The position numbers and the translations under genes are program-made. This document shows positions 36,897 to 46,903 of a DNA stretch of 64,000 nt, in pieces (position 1 is the first letter of the stretch; every line of letters starts with the position of its first letter). Where the stretch lies: positions 832,001-896,000 of the forward strand of contig OZ254086.1 of assembly GCA_965267575.1 (NCBI GenBank), given 5' to 3'. The notes beneath the pieces were generated by a model. It was given only the letters and a program-made list of their open reading frames with translations, was not told the DNA's origin and searched no databases. Source of the DNA: Calditrichales bacterium (GTDB lineage: Bacteria > Calditrichota > Calditrichia > Calditrichales > J004).

Positions 36897-39197
36897 ATGA
36901 GTAAAAATCTGGTTGTAGTGGAATCGCCGGCAAAGGCCAACACCATAAGTAAATACCTGGGAAAAGATTTCGAGGTGCTGGCCTCGTACGGCCACGTAAG
37001 AGACCTTGTCCCCAAAGAAGGTGCCGTCGATACTACTTCATTCGACATGAAATATGAGACGATAAAAAAGAACAAGAAACACCTGGACAAGATCGTAAGC
37101 GAGGCCAAAGACGCGGACGCCCTCTACCTGGCTACAGACCCCGATCGCGAAGGTGAAGCCATCTCCTGGCACGTTTTCCAGGTTTTGGAGAAAAAGAAAA
37201 TAGCAAAGGACAAGCCCGTTCACCGCATCGTTTTTCATGAGATCACGAAAAACGCTATAGATAACGCGCTGGAACATCCGCGCACGCTCTCCATGGATCT
37301 GGTAAACGCCCAGCAGGCACGGCGCGCCCTGGATTACCTTGTGGGTTTTAACCTTTCGCCATTGCTCTGGAAAAAAATCAAACGAGGCCTTTCCGCGGGC
37401 CGCGTACAAAGCCCCGCTCTGCGCATGATCGTAGAACGCGAACGGGAAATCGAAGCTTTTAACCCGCAGGAATACTGGAGCCTGCATGCCTTGTGCGCCA
37501 AAAGCACAAACACGTTCGACGCGCAGCTTAGCGTGTACGGTGGAAAAAAACTGAAGCAGTTTGACGTGGAAAACGAGCAACAGGCTTCAAAAATACAAAG
37601 CGAGATAAAGCAGGCCGCGGGGGGAAAACTGCTTGTAAAGACGGTGGACAAAAAGCAGAGAAAACGAAATCCTATGCCCCCGTTCATAACGTCTACAATG
37701 CAGCAGGATGCTTCGCGCAAGCTGGGCTTCAGCGCGCAAAAAACCATGCGCGTGGCGCAGCAGCTCTACGAAGGTATTGACATCGGCAGCGGCGAAGTGG
37801 GCCTTATTACCTACATGCGTACAGACTCCGTCAGCGTGGCCGGCGAAGCTATTCAGCAAATGCGCCGTTTTATAGCCGCAAAGATCGGGCAGGATTATCT
37901 CCCCGAAAAGGCCAATTATTATCGCACAAAATCCAAAAATGCCCAGGAAGCGCACGAAGCTATCCGGCCCACCTCAATCGACCTTAGTCCCGATCGCATT
38001 AAAGGTTCGCTGACATCGGACCAGTACCGCCTGTATGACCTGATCTGGAAACGGGCCCTGGCCAGCCAGATGGTCTCCGCAACGATCAACACTGTTTCCG
38101 TGGACCTGGAAGTGTCCGGCACAAAGCACCAATTCCGTGCCAGCGGCTCCAACATCGCCCACACCGGCTTTTTAAAAATATACATTCAGGGCAGCGATGA
38201 ACCCGATGACGAAAACGAAGAAAAGATGCTCCCTGAGCTGCGCGAAGGTGAAAACGTGGACCTGAACGATGTTAAAGCAGAACAGCATTTTACCAAGCCC
38301 CCGCCCCGCTACACGGAAGCCAGCCTGATCAAATCGCTGGAAGAGTTTGGCATCGGGCGGCCTTCCACCTACGCCTCGATTATCAGCACATTGCTGCAGC
38401 GTGATTACGTGGAGCTGGAAAGCAAGCGTTTTGTCCCAACGGATATGGGTCGCGTGGTAAATAATTTCCTAACCCAGTATTTCAGCCAGTACGTGGATTA
38501 CGAATTTACCGCCCAACTGGAAGATAAGCTGGATGCGGTCTCTCGCGGCGAGGACGAGTGGGTGCCGCTGATGAAAGATTTCTGGGAACGCTTCAGCAAG
38601 CAGGTGGATGAAGGCGAGAAGATCCCGCGCAGCGAAGCTAACCAGAGCCGCGAACTAGGCGTTGATCCGGACAGCGGCAAGCCGGTCAGCGCGCGCATGG
38701 GGCGCTACGGTCCGTTTGTGCAGCTGGGCAGCAGCGAGGACGATGAAAAGCCATCCTTTGCCAGCCTGCGTAAAGACCAGAGCCTGGAAAATATCACCCT
38801 GGAAGAAGCCCTGAAGCTGTTCGACCTGCCGCGCCATTTGGGTGAATCGGAAGATGGCGAAGAGGTGAGCACTAACATTGGCCGCTACGGGCCTTATGTG
38901 CGGGTCGGCAAAACATTTGTATCGCTGAAAGAAGACGATCCCCATACAGTAACACTGGAACGGGCCCTGGAGCTTTACAAAGAGCATAAAGAGCGCAGTG
39001 ACAACCGTACGATCAATGAATTTGATAACGGGAAAATTAAGGTGCTGAACGGCCGCTTTGGCCCCTACGTAACCAACGGCGCCAAAAACGCCAAAATACC
39101 CAAGGACAAAAAACCCGAAGAGTTAAGCCGCGAGGAGTGCGTTGAGCTGCTGGAAAAAGCACCGGAACGCAAAGGCCGCCGGCGCCGCAAAAGCTAG
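36897..39197 (+). CDS. topA: Type IA DNA topoisomerase I with C-terminal Topo_C repeats and no zinc ribbons
   Basis: VESPAKA, ATDPDREGEAI, SAGRVQS, ITYMRTDS, AQEAHEAIRPT, three GR(Y/F)GP repeats. Confidence 0.96.
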   Translation: MSKNLVVVESPAKANTISKYLGKDFEVLASYGHVRDLVPKEGAVDTTSFDMKYETIKKNKKHLDKIVSEAKDADALYLATDPDREGEAISWHVFQVLEKKKIAKDKPVHRIVFHEITKNAIDNALEHPRTLSMDLVNAQQARRALDYLVGFNLSPLLWKKIKRGLSAGRVQSPALRMIVEREREIEAFNPQEYWSLHALCAKSTNTFDAQLSVYGGKKLKQFDVENEQQASKIQSEIKQAAGGKLLVKTVDKKQRKRNPMPPFITSTMQQDASRKLGFSAQKTMRVAQQLYEGIDIGSGEVGLITYMRTDSVSVAGEAIQQMRRFIAAKIGQDYLPEKANYYRTKSKNAQEAHEAIRPTSIDLSPDRIKGSLTSDQYRLYDLIWKRALASQMVSATINTVSVDLEVSGTKHQFRASGSNIAHTGFLKIYIQGSDEPDDENEEKMLPELREGENVDLNDVKAEQHFTKPPPRYTEASLIKSLEEFGIGRPSTYASIISTLLQRDYVELESKRFVPTDMGRVVNNFLTQYFSQYVDYEFTAQLEDKLDAVSRGEDEWVPLMKDFWERFSKQVDEGEKIPRSEANQSRELGVDPDSGKPVSARMGRYGPFVQLGSSEDDEKPSFASLRKDQSLENITLEEALKLFDLPRHLGESEDGEEVSTNIGRYGPYVRVGKTFVSLKEDDPHTVTLERALELYKEHKERSDNRTINEFDNGKIKVLNGRFGPYVTNGAKNAKIPKDKKPEELSREECVELLEKAPERKGRRRRKS

Positions 39198-39658
39198 TGG
39201 ATGGTGTTGGTACCCTGGTGATAAAAGAAGCCTTCAAATGAAGGTGTGCTCTCCAGGTTGAAAAACATGCCTGCGACTATGGACTTCACATCTTCCAGGG
39301 TAATATTAGCCGTGCCAATGGAAAGCGCTTTTTCGATCACTTCTTCCATTTCCACCTCTTTTAGCAGGCCCAGTTGCCATAACTGAAGCAGATAGCCATA
39401 GCCTTCAGGGGCAATCACCAATCTTTCCAGATCGTGCAAAATGCGGATGGAGCCTTCACTATAAGTAAACTCGGCACTCTCATCCGTGTCGTCTTTTTGC
39501 AGGTGATTAAAAATCCAGGAAAAGGCGAGATTGATCTCATTTTCGGTGTAACCGCGGGAGAGCAGCTCGCGGGAAAGATCAGAATAGTTTTCTTTTTTGG
39601 GCTTGTACTTCAACCCCTCCAGCAGGTAAACAATAATATCGATAATACGTTCTTGCAT
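39194..39658 (-). CDS. smg: DUF494/Smg-family protein
   Basis: IIVYLLE, LLSRGYTENEINLAFSW, IRILHDLE, GYGYLLQL. Confidence 0.8.
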   Translation of the reverse strand: MQERIIDIIVYLLEGLKYKPKKENYSDLSRELLSRGYTENEINLAFSWIFNHLQKDDTDESAEFTYSEGSIRILHDLERLVIAPEGYGYLLQLWQLGLLKEVEMEEVIEKALSIGTANITLEDVKSIVAGMFFNLESTPSFEGFFYHQGTNTIH

Positions 39659-39754
39659 GCAGTGCGTCAGCTTATTTTTTGTTCCGAAATATTTACTACC
39701 GGAAAATGAAAAGGTTTGTTGTTTTTTCCTGTGCGCGTCGTCATTAATACAAGC

Positions 39755-41428
39755 TTAATTATTTATGCGCACGTCTTCAAGATTTAATTGCAGGCGTGAT
39801 GTGCCGCGAAAAATATTAATATTCATTTTAAAGGCAAGATCCAGCGCCGCGCCGAGCCTGATGACGTCTTTATATTCCGCGCCGCCCCACCAGACACATT
39901 CAAATAATTTATTCTCTTTTTGCACAAACAGCTTCAGGTGATTGTGTTCACGCCCCAGTGTGCGGATTTCCCGAACAACTACATCGTTTAGCAAAAGCAC
40001 CGGTTCCGGACTGGTTTCGCCGAAAGGCCCTACTTCCTGTATCTGCCGCGCCGTTACTTCGTTCACCTGACCCAGGTCAACTACCGAATCAATGATCAAT
40101 TCGGCGGTCAGGTTTTCGTTTTCAAGGAATTTATTTACGTACTCGGTAAATTCCTGCTTGAAGCGCGGATAGTTCTCCGCTGTTACCGTCAGGCCCGCGG
40201 CTTTGTGGTGTCCGCCGTAGTTGAGAAAATAATGGTTGAAACGTGTCAGCGCGTCGGTTACATGAAAGGCTTCGATGCTGCGCGCCGAACCAACAAAATT
40301 GCCCTGTTCATCACGGGTAAAAGCAATCACCGGGCGTGAGAATTTTTCCTTCAGCTTGCCGGAGACCAGCCCGATCAATCCGGCCTGCCACTCCTCGTTT
40401 TCAATAATGATCACTTTATTGGCGTCGGCTTCACCATCTATGCCCGCCAAGGCATTCTGGATGTAAGTCTCCTGCAAAGTCTGCCGTTCGCGGTTCAGCT
40501 CATCCAGCTGTGAAGCCATGGTTTCGGCGCGGTGCATGTTGCTCTCAATCAGCAAGTCAACCGACAGTCCGGCATCTTCCATGCGTCCGGCGGCGTTCAG
40601 GCGCGGCGCCAGAAAATAGCCGATGGTGATGGGCGTGATCGTATTGGTTTTGATGCCGGCCACCTGTTTTAAAGCAATCAGACCAGGCTTTTTTGTATTG
40701 GCCAGTACTTTTAAGCCAAACTTGACCAGGGCGTAATTCTCGTCACGCAACGGCATCACGTCGGCAATGGTGCCGATGGCCACCAAATCGAGATGGCTGA
40801 GCAGAAACTGCTTGTAATTGTCCTCGCTCATGAAGTGAGGGGCCAGGGCGTGCAGCAGCTTAAAAGCCACGGTAACGCCGCAGATCTGCTTAAAGGGATA
40901 TTCGGAATCGGTACGGTTGGGATTGACGACAGCCGTCGCGTTGGGCAGCTCGCCCTCCTGCAGGTGGTGGTCGGTGATAACGGTATCAATGCCCAGGCTG
41001 TTGCCGTAGTCGATCGCTTCGTTGGCGCTGATGCCGTTATCCACCGTGATGATCAGGTTGCCGCCCCAGCTGTTTACCGTGTCAATGCCGGCAACGCGCA
41101 GGCCGTAACCATCACGTTCGCGGTTGGGCACGATGTAGCGCACCGGGTAGTTGATCGCTTTGAAAAAATAGATCATCAAAGCAGTAGAGGTAACGCCATC
41201 CACGTCGTAATCGCCAAAAATAACAATTTTTTCATTTTGCTTAACGGCCCGGATAATGCGTTCGACGGCCTTGTCCATGTCCGGCAAAAGCCGCGGGTCG
41301 TGCATCCGATCGGTCAGCCGGAAAGGCTGCATATGGTCGAGGGGAAGTTTTCGGTTGTCCAGAATTACATCAATAATACTACGGTTGGTATCGCTGTTTA
41401 ATATGGTCCAGTCTTTAGAAGGTAACAC
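39755..41428 (-). CDS. recJ: ssDNA-specific exonuclease RecJ
   Basis: GDYDVDG, ITVDNG, TDHH, GTIADV, PRLNAAGR, GSARS, GGHHKAAG; GTG start. Confidence 0.95.
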   Translation of the reverse strand: MLPSKDWTILNSDTNRSIIDVILDNRKLPLDHMQPFRLTDRMHDPRLLPDMDKAVERIIRAVKQNEKIVIFGDYDVDGVTSTALMIYFFKAINYPVRYIVPNRERDGYGLRVAGIDTVNSWGGNLIITVDNGISANEAIDYGNSLGIDTVITDHHLQEGELPNATAVVNPNRTDSEYPFKQICGVTVAFKLLHALAPHFMSEDNYKQFLLSHLDLVAIGTIADVMPLRDENYALVKFGLKVLANTKKPGLIALKQVAGIKTNTITPITIGYFLAPRLNAAGRMEDAGLSVDLLIESNMHRAETMASQLDELNRERQTLQETYIQNALAGIDGEADANKVIIIENEEWQAGLIGLVSGKLKEKFSRPVIAFTRDEQGNFVGSARSIEAFHVTDALTRFNHYFLNYGGHHKAAGLTVTAENYPRFKQEFTEYVNKFLENENLTAELIIDSVVDLGQVNEVTARQIQEVGPFGETSPEPVLLLNDVVVREIRTLGREHNHLKLFVQKENKLFECVWWGGAEYKDVIRLGAALDLAFKMNINIFRGTSRLQLNLEDVRINN

Positions 41429-41466
41429 ATTTCTCCCGGTTAATAGTCATCCATGTTGATGTGAAT

Positions 41467-44460
41467 TTACGCATTCGTCCTGATAAACTTCAATATCTCG
41501 CGCAGAAAAGGGGAAGATCGATTGTCGCGGTTAAAACGGGTGCGCACGGCGCTAAACAATACTTCATCCTTGGCGCGTGTCAATCCCACGTAAAGCAGCC
41601 TCTTTTGTTCCTCCAGCTTTTTGCTCACAGGACGGTCGTCGTCATCGTCCTCTTCTTTGTAGGCCCAGAAGCTGGGCATATTTTCATCTTCCATGCCCAG
41701 GATGATCACTTTTTGAAATTCCAGCCCCTTGGCCGAGTGGAAGGTCAGCAGTGAAACGGCGTCAACGCTGTTTAAGGCATCCTGCGGATTAATCAGCGCC
41801 AGCGAGGAGAGAAATTCGGCGATGGCTTTGTCCACCGGCACTTCGGCAAACTGGGCGGCAATATCCATTACGCGCTGGCGGAATTCATCGGCGCTGTCGT
41901 GCAGAACAAGTTCGGGGTCGAGCTGGTGGGCTTTTCGCGTTAACGCTTCAATCAGTTTCTCCTTTTCAGCGGCGTAGGCGCTGGTGTGCACGTTCAGCGC
42001 TTTGGAGAACGGCGAGATAAGCTTGCGCGCGCCGGCAAGGAACATCACTTTGTCCTCAAAAGCATCGGTTTTATTGAGCAGGAAATTGGCCAGGGCCACA
42101 AACTCCAATCCCTGCAGCACGGCTGTTTTGCGCAGCTGGCTGTCCTGCGCGCGGCGCATCTTCTGAATAATATCATGCAGAACGATCACATCGTCCAGGG
42201 CGCGGTGCCGCGTGCCGGGGTCCAGCTTAAAGCGTGCCGCCAGTGCGTCGATGCTGTGGCTTTCCCCGGGGTAAATGCGCCGCGCCATCATCAGCGAATC
42301 GAAACGATTGTTGAGCAGTTTTTGGTCGCTTAATTCGCGAGCCACGCGGTCTAGGATCTTGAAATCGAAAGCATAACCGTTGTGCGCAACCAGCATATCA
42401 TTGCCGATAAATTTCAGGAAGCCGGGCCACACTTTCTTGATGACAGGCGCCTCAGCCACATCATCAGTGGAGATATGATGCACGCGTTCGGCGCCCTCCT
42501 CTATGGGCATTTGCGGGTTGATGAGCTGCGTAAAGCTGTCCGTAATCTCACCATCGCGCACCTTAACGGCGGCCAGCTCAACAATGCCGCAGGTTGCCGT
42601 ATCCGCTCCGGTCGTTTCCAGGTCGAGCACCACGTAATCGCGCAGCAGGGCATTGCCGCGATAGCTGCTGTTCTGCAGCCAGCGGAATAAGGCGCTCATT
42701 TCCGATTGTCTTTGATCTTCCGTCTGTTCAAGCAGATTAAGCAGGGTGCAGCCGGCGGGAGGCTTTTCCGGAAACTCCTCCAAGGCAAGCAGCAATGTTC
42801 CGGGCTCTAACTCCCTTTTTGCTGTGGTGACAAAATCTGTTTTGTCGGGATACTGCGTTTCCAGCATGGCCGCACCGATGCGGGCGATCTCTTCGCGTGA
42901 GTGAAAGATAACAAGATAATTAAAACCGGCGACGTTGCGCGTTGAAACGGGAAAGCTCTTAAAACGCGGAGCGCGCGATTCGTAATAGGTGCGATCCATT
43001 TCGGCCAGCCCGCTCAATATTTCGGCGACAAGCTGGTCAAAGCGGTAAAACGAGCGCAGGTTGATCAGGTTGGCCAGGTGCCCGATGAAGGTATCGGTTT
43101 TGTGCCGCTCATCGCTGCTCAACTCGGGCCGGGCGCTGTAGCCGTATAACGCCTGGCGGTAAGTCAGCCCGTTGCGCTTTTGAAGATTTTGAATTTGCTT
43201 GTGGCTGTTGTAATCAAGCTCAAGCTGTACCAGCTCCTCCAGGTGCAGATTATCCAGCGGGTTGCGGATAACCTGCAGGTATGCCAGCACGCGCTTCATG
43301 CGCGGATCGTCGGTCAGGTTAAAGCGCGCCGCCTGCTGAAAAGGAATGTGCTCATGGATAAAGCGATTCACTATTTTTTCGGCGAAACGGTGACGGGGAT
43401 ACAAAACGGCGATCTCACCATAGGGTACTCCCTGCTTCTCCCAGTCGCGGATCTTTTCCACGATAAAGCTGATTTCTTCGTCCTCGTAATCAAAAAAGAA
43501 TGACTGAATCGAGTCAGCCAGCTCGTTGTCGGCCTGCAGCACCTTGTCCGGCTCAATGCGCTCAAGCCCGCTCACCACCTGCTGCGCCGTCGAGACAATA
43601 TTTTTCCCGGAACGGTAATTCGTATCCAGGAAAATGGCTTCCTCTATCTTAAAATCTTCCATGTACTGGCGGATGTTTTCCGGGTTGGCGCCACGCCAGG
43701 CGTATATCGACTGGTCATCATCGGCCACGACAAATATGTGACGGTGCTGCTCGGCCAGCATGCGGATTATGTCATACTGCACACGGTCCGTATCCTGGAA
43801 TTCATCCACCAATATCGCCTGGTAAATATGATCATAATGATCGCGGATCTCGGGATTGTCGCGCAGCAGGTCACGGGTAAGCAGAAGGATCTGGTTAAAA
43901 TCAACCAGCTTATGCTTCTTCAAATGTTCGCTGTAGCTATCATAGATTATCTGCGAAAACGGCTTTAGCGGTTTTTCCTTCAATTGGAAATGTTCAAAAG
44001 CGGTCTTTATGCCGCGTAGCTTTTTGTCCACCTCGCTGGATGATCTTTGCTCGACCAATACACGAAGGAGGCGCTCACGGTAATCCTCATCAGCCACGCT
44101 GAAGTGCGGGCTAAGCCCGGCCTGGCGGTAGTGGCTGCGCAGAACCTGCAGGCAGAAACCATGGATGGTGCCGGTAAAAACGCGTTCCGCCTTTTTGCCA
44201 AGAGCCTCACGCAATCTTTCGCGCATCTCGCGCGCTGCCTTGTTGCTGAAAGTTAAAGCCAGTATCTGTTCGGGTGAGATACCATAGCGGTCTATGCAGT
44301 AGATGATGCGGGCGATGAGGGTGCGTGTCTTGCCGGTTCCGGGTCCGGCGAGCACAAGCTCCGGCCGGCGCGGGGCTGTTACCGCCTTTTTCTGTTTATC
44401 ATTAAGGGATTGCAGTATCGGCCTGGATAACATCGGCTCTTCCGCTTGATTAAAGGACAA
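41467..44460 (-). CDS. UvrD/PcrA-family helicase with an inserted DnaQ-like DEDDh 3'-5' exonuclease
   Basis: AGPGTGKT, DEFQD, DDDQSIYAWRGA, NYRS ... VLDLETTG, AHNGYAFD, HRALDD ... TFHSAKGLEF, RLLYVGLTRA; start may be 44433. Confidence 0.92.
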   Translation of the reverse strand: MSFNQAEEPMLSRPILQSLNDKQKKAVTAPRRPELVLAGPGTGKTRTLIARIIYCIDRYGISPEQILALTFSNKAAREMRERLREALGKKAERVFTGTIHGFCLQVLRSHYRQAGLSPHFSVADEDYRERLLRVLVEQRSSSEVDKKLRGIKTAFEHFQLKEKPLKPFSQIIYDSYSEHLKKHKLVDFNQILLLTRDLLRDNPEIRDHYDHIYQAILVDEFQDTDRVQYDIIRMLAEQHRHIFVVADDDQSIYAWRGANPENIRQYMEDFKIEEAIFLDTNYRSGKNIVSTAQQVVSGLERIEPDKVLQADNELADSIQSFFFDYEDEEISFIVEKIRDWEKQGVPYGEIAVLYPRHRFAEKIVNRFIHEHIPFQQAARFNLTDDPRMKRVLAYLQVIRNPLDNLHLEELVQLELDYNSHKQIQNLQKRNGLTYRQALYGYSARPELSSDERHKTDTFIGHLANLINLRSFYRFDQLVAEILSGLAEMDRTYYESRAPRFKSFPVSTRNVAGFNYLVIFHSREEIARIGAAMLETQYPDKTDFVTTAKRELEPGTLLLALEEFPEKPPAGCTLLNLLEQTEDQRQSEMSALFRWLQNSSYRGNALLRDYVVLDLETTGADTATCGIVELAAVKVRDGEITDSFTQLINPQMPIEEGAERVHHISTDDVAEAPVIKKVWPGFLKFIGNDMLVAHNGYAFDFKILDRVARELSDQKLLNNRFDSLMMARRIYPGESHSIDALAARFKLDPGTRHRALDDVIVLHDIIQKMRRAQDSQLRKTAVLQGLEFVALANFLLNKTDAFEDKVMFLAGARKLISPFSKALNVHTSAYAAEKEKLIEALTRKAHQLDPELVLHDSADEFRQRVMDIAAQFAEVPVDKAIAEFLSSLALINPQDALNSVDAVSLLTFHSAKGLEFQKVIILGMEDENMPSFWAYKEEDDDDDRPVSKKLEEQKRLLYVGLTRAKDEVLFSAVRTRFNRDNRSSPFLREILKFIRTNA

Positions 44461-44492
44461 AACAAAATAGGAGCAAAAACAAAAAGAGGCAA

Positions 44493-44966
44493 TCAGGAAG
44501 TCGTCAGGCGACCGGCATTGCGCAAAAAGGCGCCGCGCTTGATAAAGTGCATCTCAAAATTGCCGGATTCCATCATTTCTTTATAACGCCTGCGGCCGGC
44601 CAGCTTCTTCTCCTCGCTGTAGACCTCGGCAAAATCGAACACAAATTCAAATGATGTTAGTTCTGAAGCAGGCAGCGGATCGTAAAGTATGATCGTATCA
44701 GCATCCACGGAAGGATTGTCGCCATATACCAGAAAAACGCGCGTATCAGAATCGGCCGCTCCATTATCCAAAATTTGATGGGGCACAAAGCTGTCCGGTT
44801 TCCAGGTCCACAGGAGATTGTCCAGCTTGCGGGCGTTCTCTTTCTCCCGGCAATAAACGCAGACACGCTTGCCGGCATTGAAAACGCGCTCGGCCAGGCT
44901 GCAGACGTCACCATCTTTATGGTGAGGCATATTAAGCTCGATGAAGTAAACTTTCGCGGAAGACAT
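44493..44966 (-). CDS. holC: DNA polymerase III chi subunit
   Basis: VYFIEL, CSLAERV, LDNLLWTWKPDSFVPH, GRRRYKEM. Confidence 0.82.
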   Translation of the reverse strand: MSSAKVYFIELNMPHHKDGDVCSLAERVFNAGKRVCVYCREKENARKLDNLLWTWKPDSFVPHQILDNGAADSDTRVFLVYGDNPSVDADTIILYDPLPASELTSFEFVFDFAEVYSEEKKLAGRRRYKEMMESGNFEMHFIKRGAFLRNAGRLTTS

Positions 44967-45580
44967 TAAAAGCGCTGCCCTATCTCCAGTCTTATATCAA
45001 TCATGGAATGATTTGTGCGTTCACCCAACCGCTCGCTGAAAGGGATGATGCGGTATTGCGCGCGAAAGCCGAAGAAGTACTGGTTATCTACATCGGCATC
45101 CAGGCCAAAGCCGATCAGACCCGCGGGCGCCCACAAATATTGATCCTCGGTTTGCACATCGTTGGTGGCCTCCGGGAAGTTCATACCAAAAACCGGACCG
45201 GCGCCTGCTGTTATAAAAGGACGGAAACTGTCATCAAATTCACGCGCAAAAAGGCGCCATTTCCCGATGAACATAAGATCCAGAAGAAAAACGTTGTTTT
45301 CCTTACCGTAGGTTCGGGGAAAACCAAACTGGTCTATATAATTTATCTCGCTGCGGTCGCGGATGATCAAAGCCGTAAACTCGGCTCCCACATGTACAAA
45401 TCCAAAGGCCGGTGTTTCGTAAAAAAGCCCCAGGCCGCTGCCCGTTTCTACCAGGCTGTAGGCCAGCCCGCGGTGGTCTTTGATGGTGGGTTCAGGGTCT
45501 TCTTCCAGGTAAACATCGATCTGTGCCGACAAGGCAATCGGCAATAGTAAAAAAAGAAAAAACCATCTACTTCTCATCAC
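44966..45580 (-). CDS. Outer-membrane beta-barrel hypothetical protein
   Basis: Signal peptide, amphipathic strands, RPFITAGAG, terminal Phe. Confidence 0.65.
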   Translation of the reverse strand: MMRSRWFFLFLLLPIALSAQIDVYLEEDPEPTIKDHRGLAYSLVETGSGLGLFYETPAFGFVHVGAEFTALIIRDRSEINYIDQFGFPRTYGKENNVFLLDLMFIGKWRLFAREFDDSFRPFITAGAGPVFGMNFPEATNDVQTEDQYLWAPAGLIGFGLDADVDNQYFFGFRAQYRIIPFSERLGERTNHSMIDIRLEIGQRF

Positions 45581-46900
45581 TCAATCTCCCGTATCCTGAT
45601 CGTAGCATTGTTTTATAAAACTTACCGGATGCATGATTTTAACACCGCTTTTAAAATATTCATTTCCGTAAGCTAACTGAATTATGCAACCGGGGTTCCC
45701 GGCCAGAACAATCTTCGCCCCACTCTGCTCCACGTGCTTCATTTTTCGTTCCAGGAACACCATGGCATCATCATAGCGCGTAATGTTGTAAATGCCGGCG
45801 CTGCCGCAGCACCAGGAGGCCTCTTCCAATTCGTTGTACTTTATGCCCTCGATTGCTTTCAGGACACGGCGCGGCCCGTCGATGACCTTTTGTCCGTGAG
45901 CCAGGTGGCAGGCGTCGTGGTAGGTCACTTTTTGGTTGCCCCCGTAAGCCGGTGCGCGCCACCCTTTAACATCCAGAAACTCCATGATGTCAAATACGCG
46001 TTCGGTAAACCAGCGCGCTTTATCAGCATAAGCCTCATCCTTGCGCAACAGGTGGTCATAATGCTTCATAAACGATCCGCAGCCGGCGGCATTAATAATA
46101 ACGGCGTCGACAGCGGCATCATAAAAATCATCAATCAGTTTTTTGGCGAGCAGGCAGGCGTTTTCGTGTTCGCCGGTATGGCCCATCACGGAACCGCAGC
46201 ATTCCTGGTTTTGCGGCACCACAACATCATAACCGTTATAACGCAGCACCTCGATTGTATCGCGGTTTACGTCGCTGTAAAACACATCCTGGACGCAGCC
46301 GGTCACAACGCCCACTTTGCCGTTTTTCTCTTTGCCCAACGCCGGGTATAAAGTATTGTATCGGATTGTCTTCTTTACCGCAGGCGCCATCCGGTTAAGC
46401 TCATGCAGTTTTGTCGAAAAAAGACGCAACACCCCGGATTTCTCAATGAGGGCTTTCAGGCCGCTTTTCTGGTAAAGATTCATCAAGACCGCCGCCCGGA
46501 ACAGGTTTTTCTTTTTAAGGAAAAACAGCTTCAAGATAAGCGGTTTAAGACGCGATGCCTCCCCGCGCTGTTTTTTTTCTGCTTCGATGTGATTGCGCGC
46601 CGCCTCTACCAGCAAACCATACTCTACGCCTGCCGGACAGGCGGTAACGCAAGCCTGGCAGTCCAGGCAAAAATCCATCGATTCCATAAAGGCAGGGGAT
46701 ATCTGCAGATCTCCGTCGGCAATCGATTTCAGCATGCGTATTCGGCCGCGTGGCGAGTCTTTTTCCAGGCCGCTCACTTCGTAGGTGGGACAGGTAGGCA
46801 GGCACAACCCGCAGTGAATGCAATTAAGGATCTGGTCATAATCCGGTACAGGCAAATCGTCGTAAAAGGCGTTTCTGCTTTTTTTTAATTCGCTGATCAT
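45581..46900 (-). CDS. glcF: Glycolate/D-lactate oxidase Fe-S subunit (GlcF-like)
   Basis: CIHCGLCLPTCP, CLDCQACVTACP, CCG domains, TYHDACHL. Confidence 0.88.
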   Translation of the reverse strand: MISELKKSRNAFYDDLPVPDYDQILNCIHCGLCLPTCPTYEVSGLEKDSPRGRIRMLKSIADGDLQISPAFMESMDFCLDCQACVTACPAGVEYGLLVEAARNHIEAEKKQRGEASRLKPLILKLFFLKKKNLFRAAVLMNLYQKSGLKALIEKSGVLRLFSTKLHELNRMAPAVKKTIRYNTLYPALGKEKNGKVGVVTGCVQDVFYSDVNRDTIEVLRYNGYDVVVPQNQECCGSVMGHTGEHENACLLAKKLIDDFYDAAVDAVIINAAGCGSFMKHYDHLLRKDEAYADKARWFTERVFDIMEFLDVKGWRAPAYGGNQKVTYHDACHLAHGQKVIDGPRRVLKAIEGIKYNELEEASWCCGSAGIYNITRYDDAMVFLERKMKHVEQSGAKIVLAGNPGCIIQLAYGNEYFKSGVKIMHPVSFIKQCYDQDTGD

Positions 46901-46903
46901 ATA

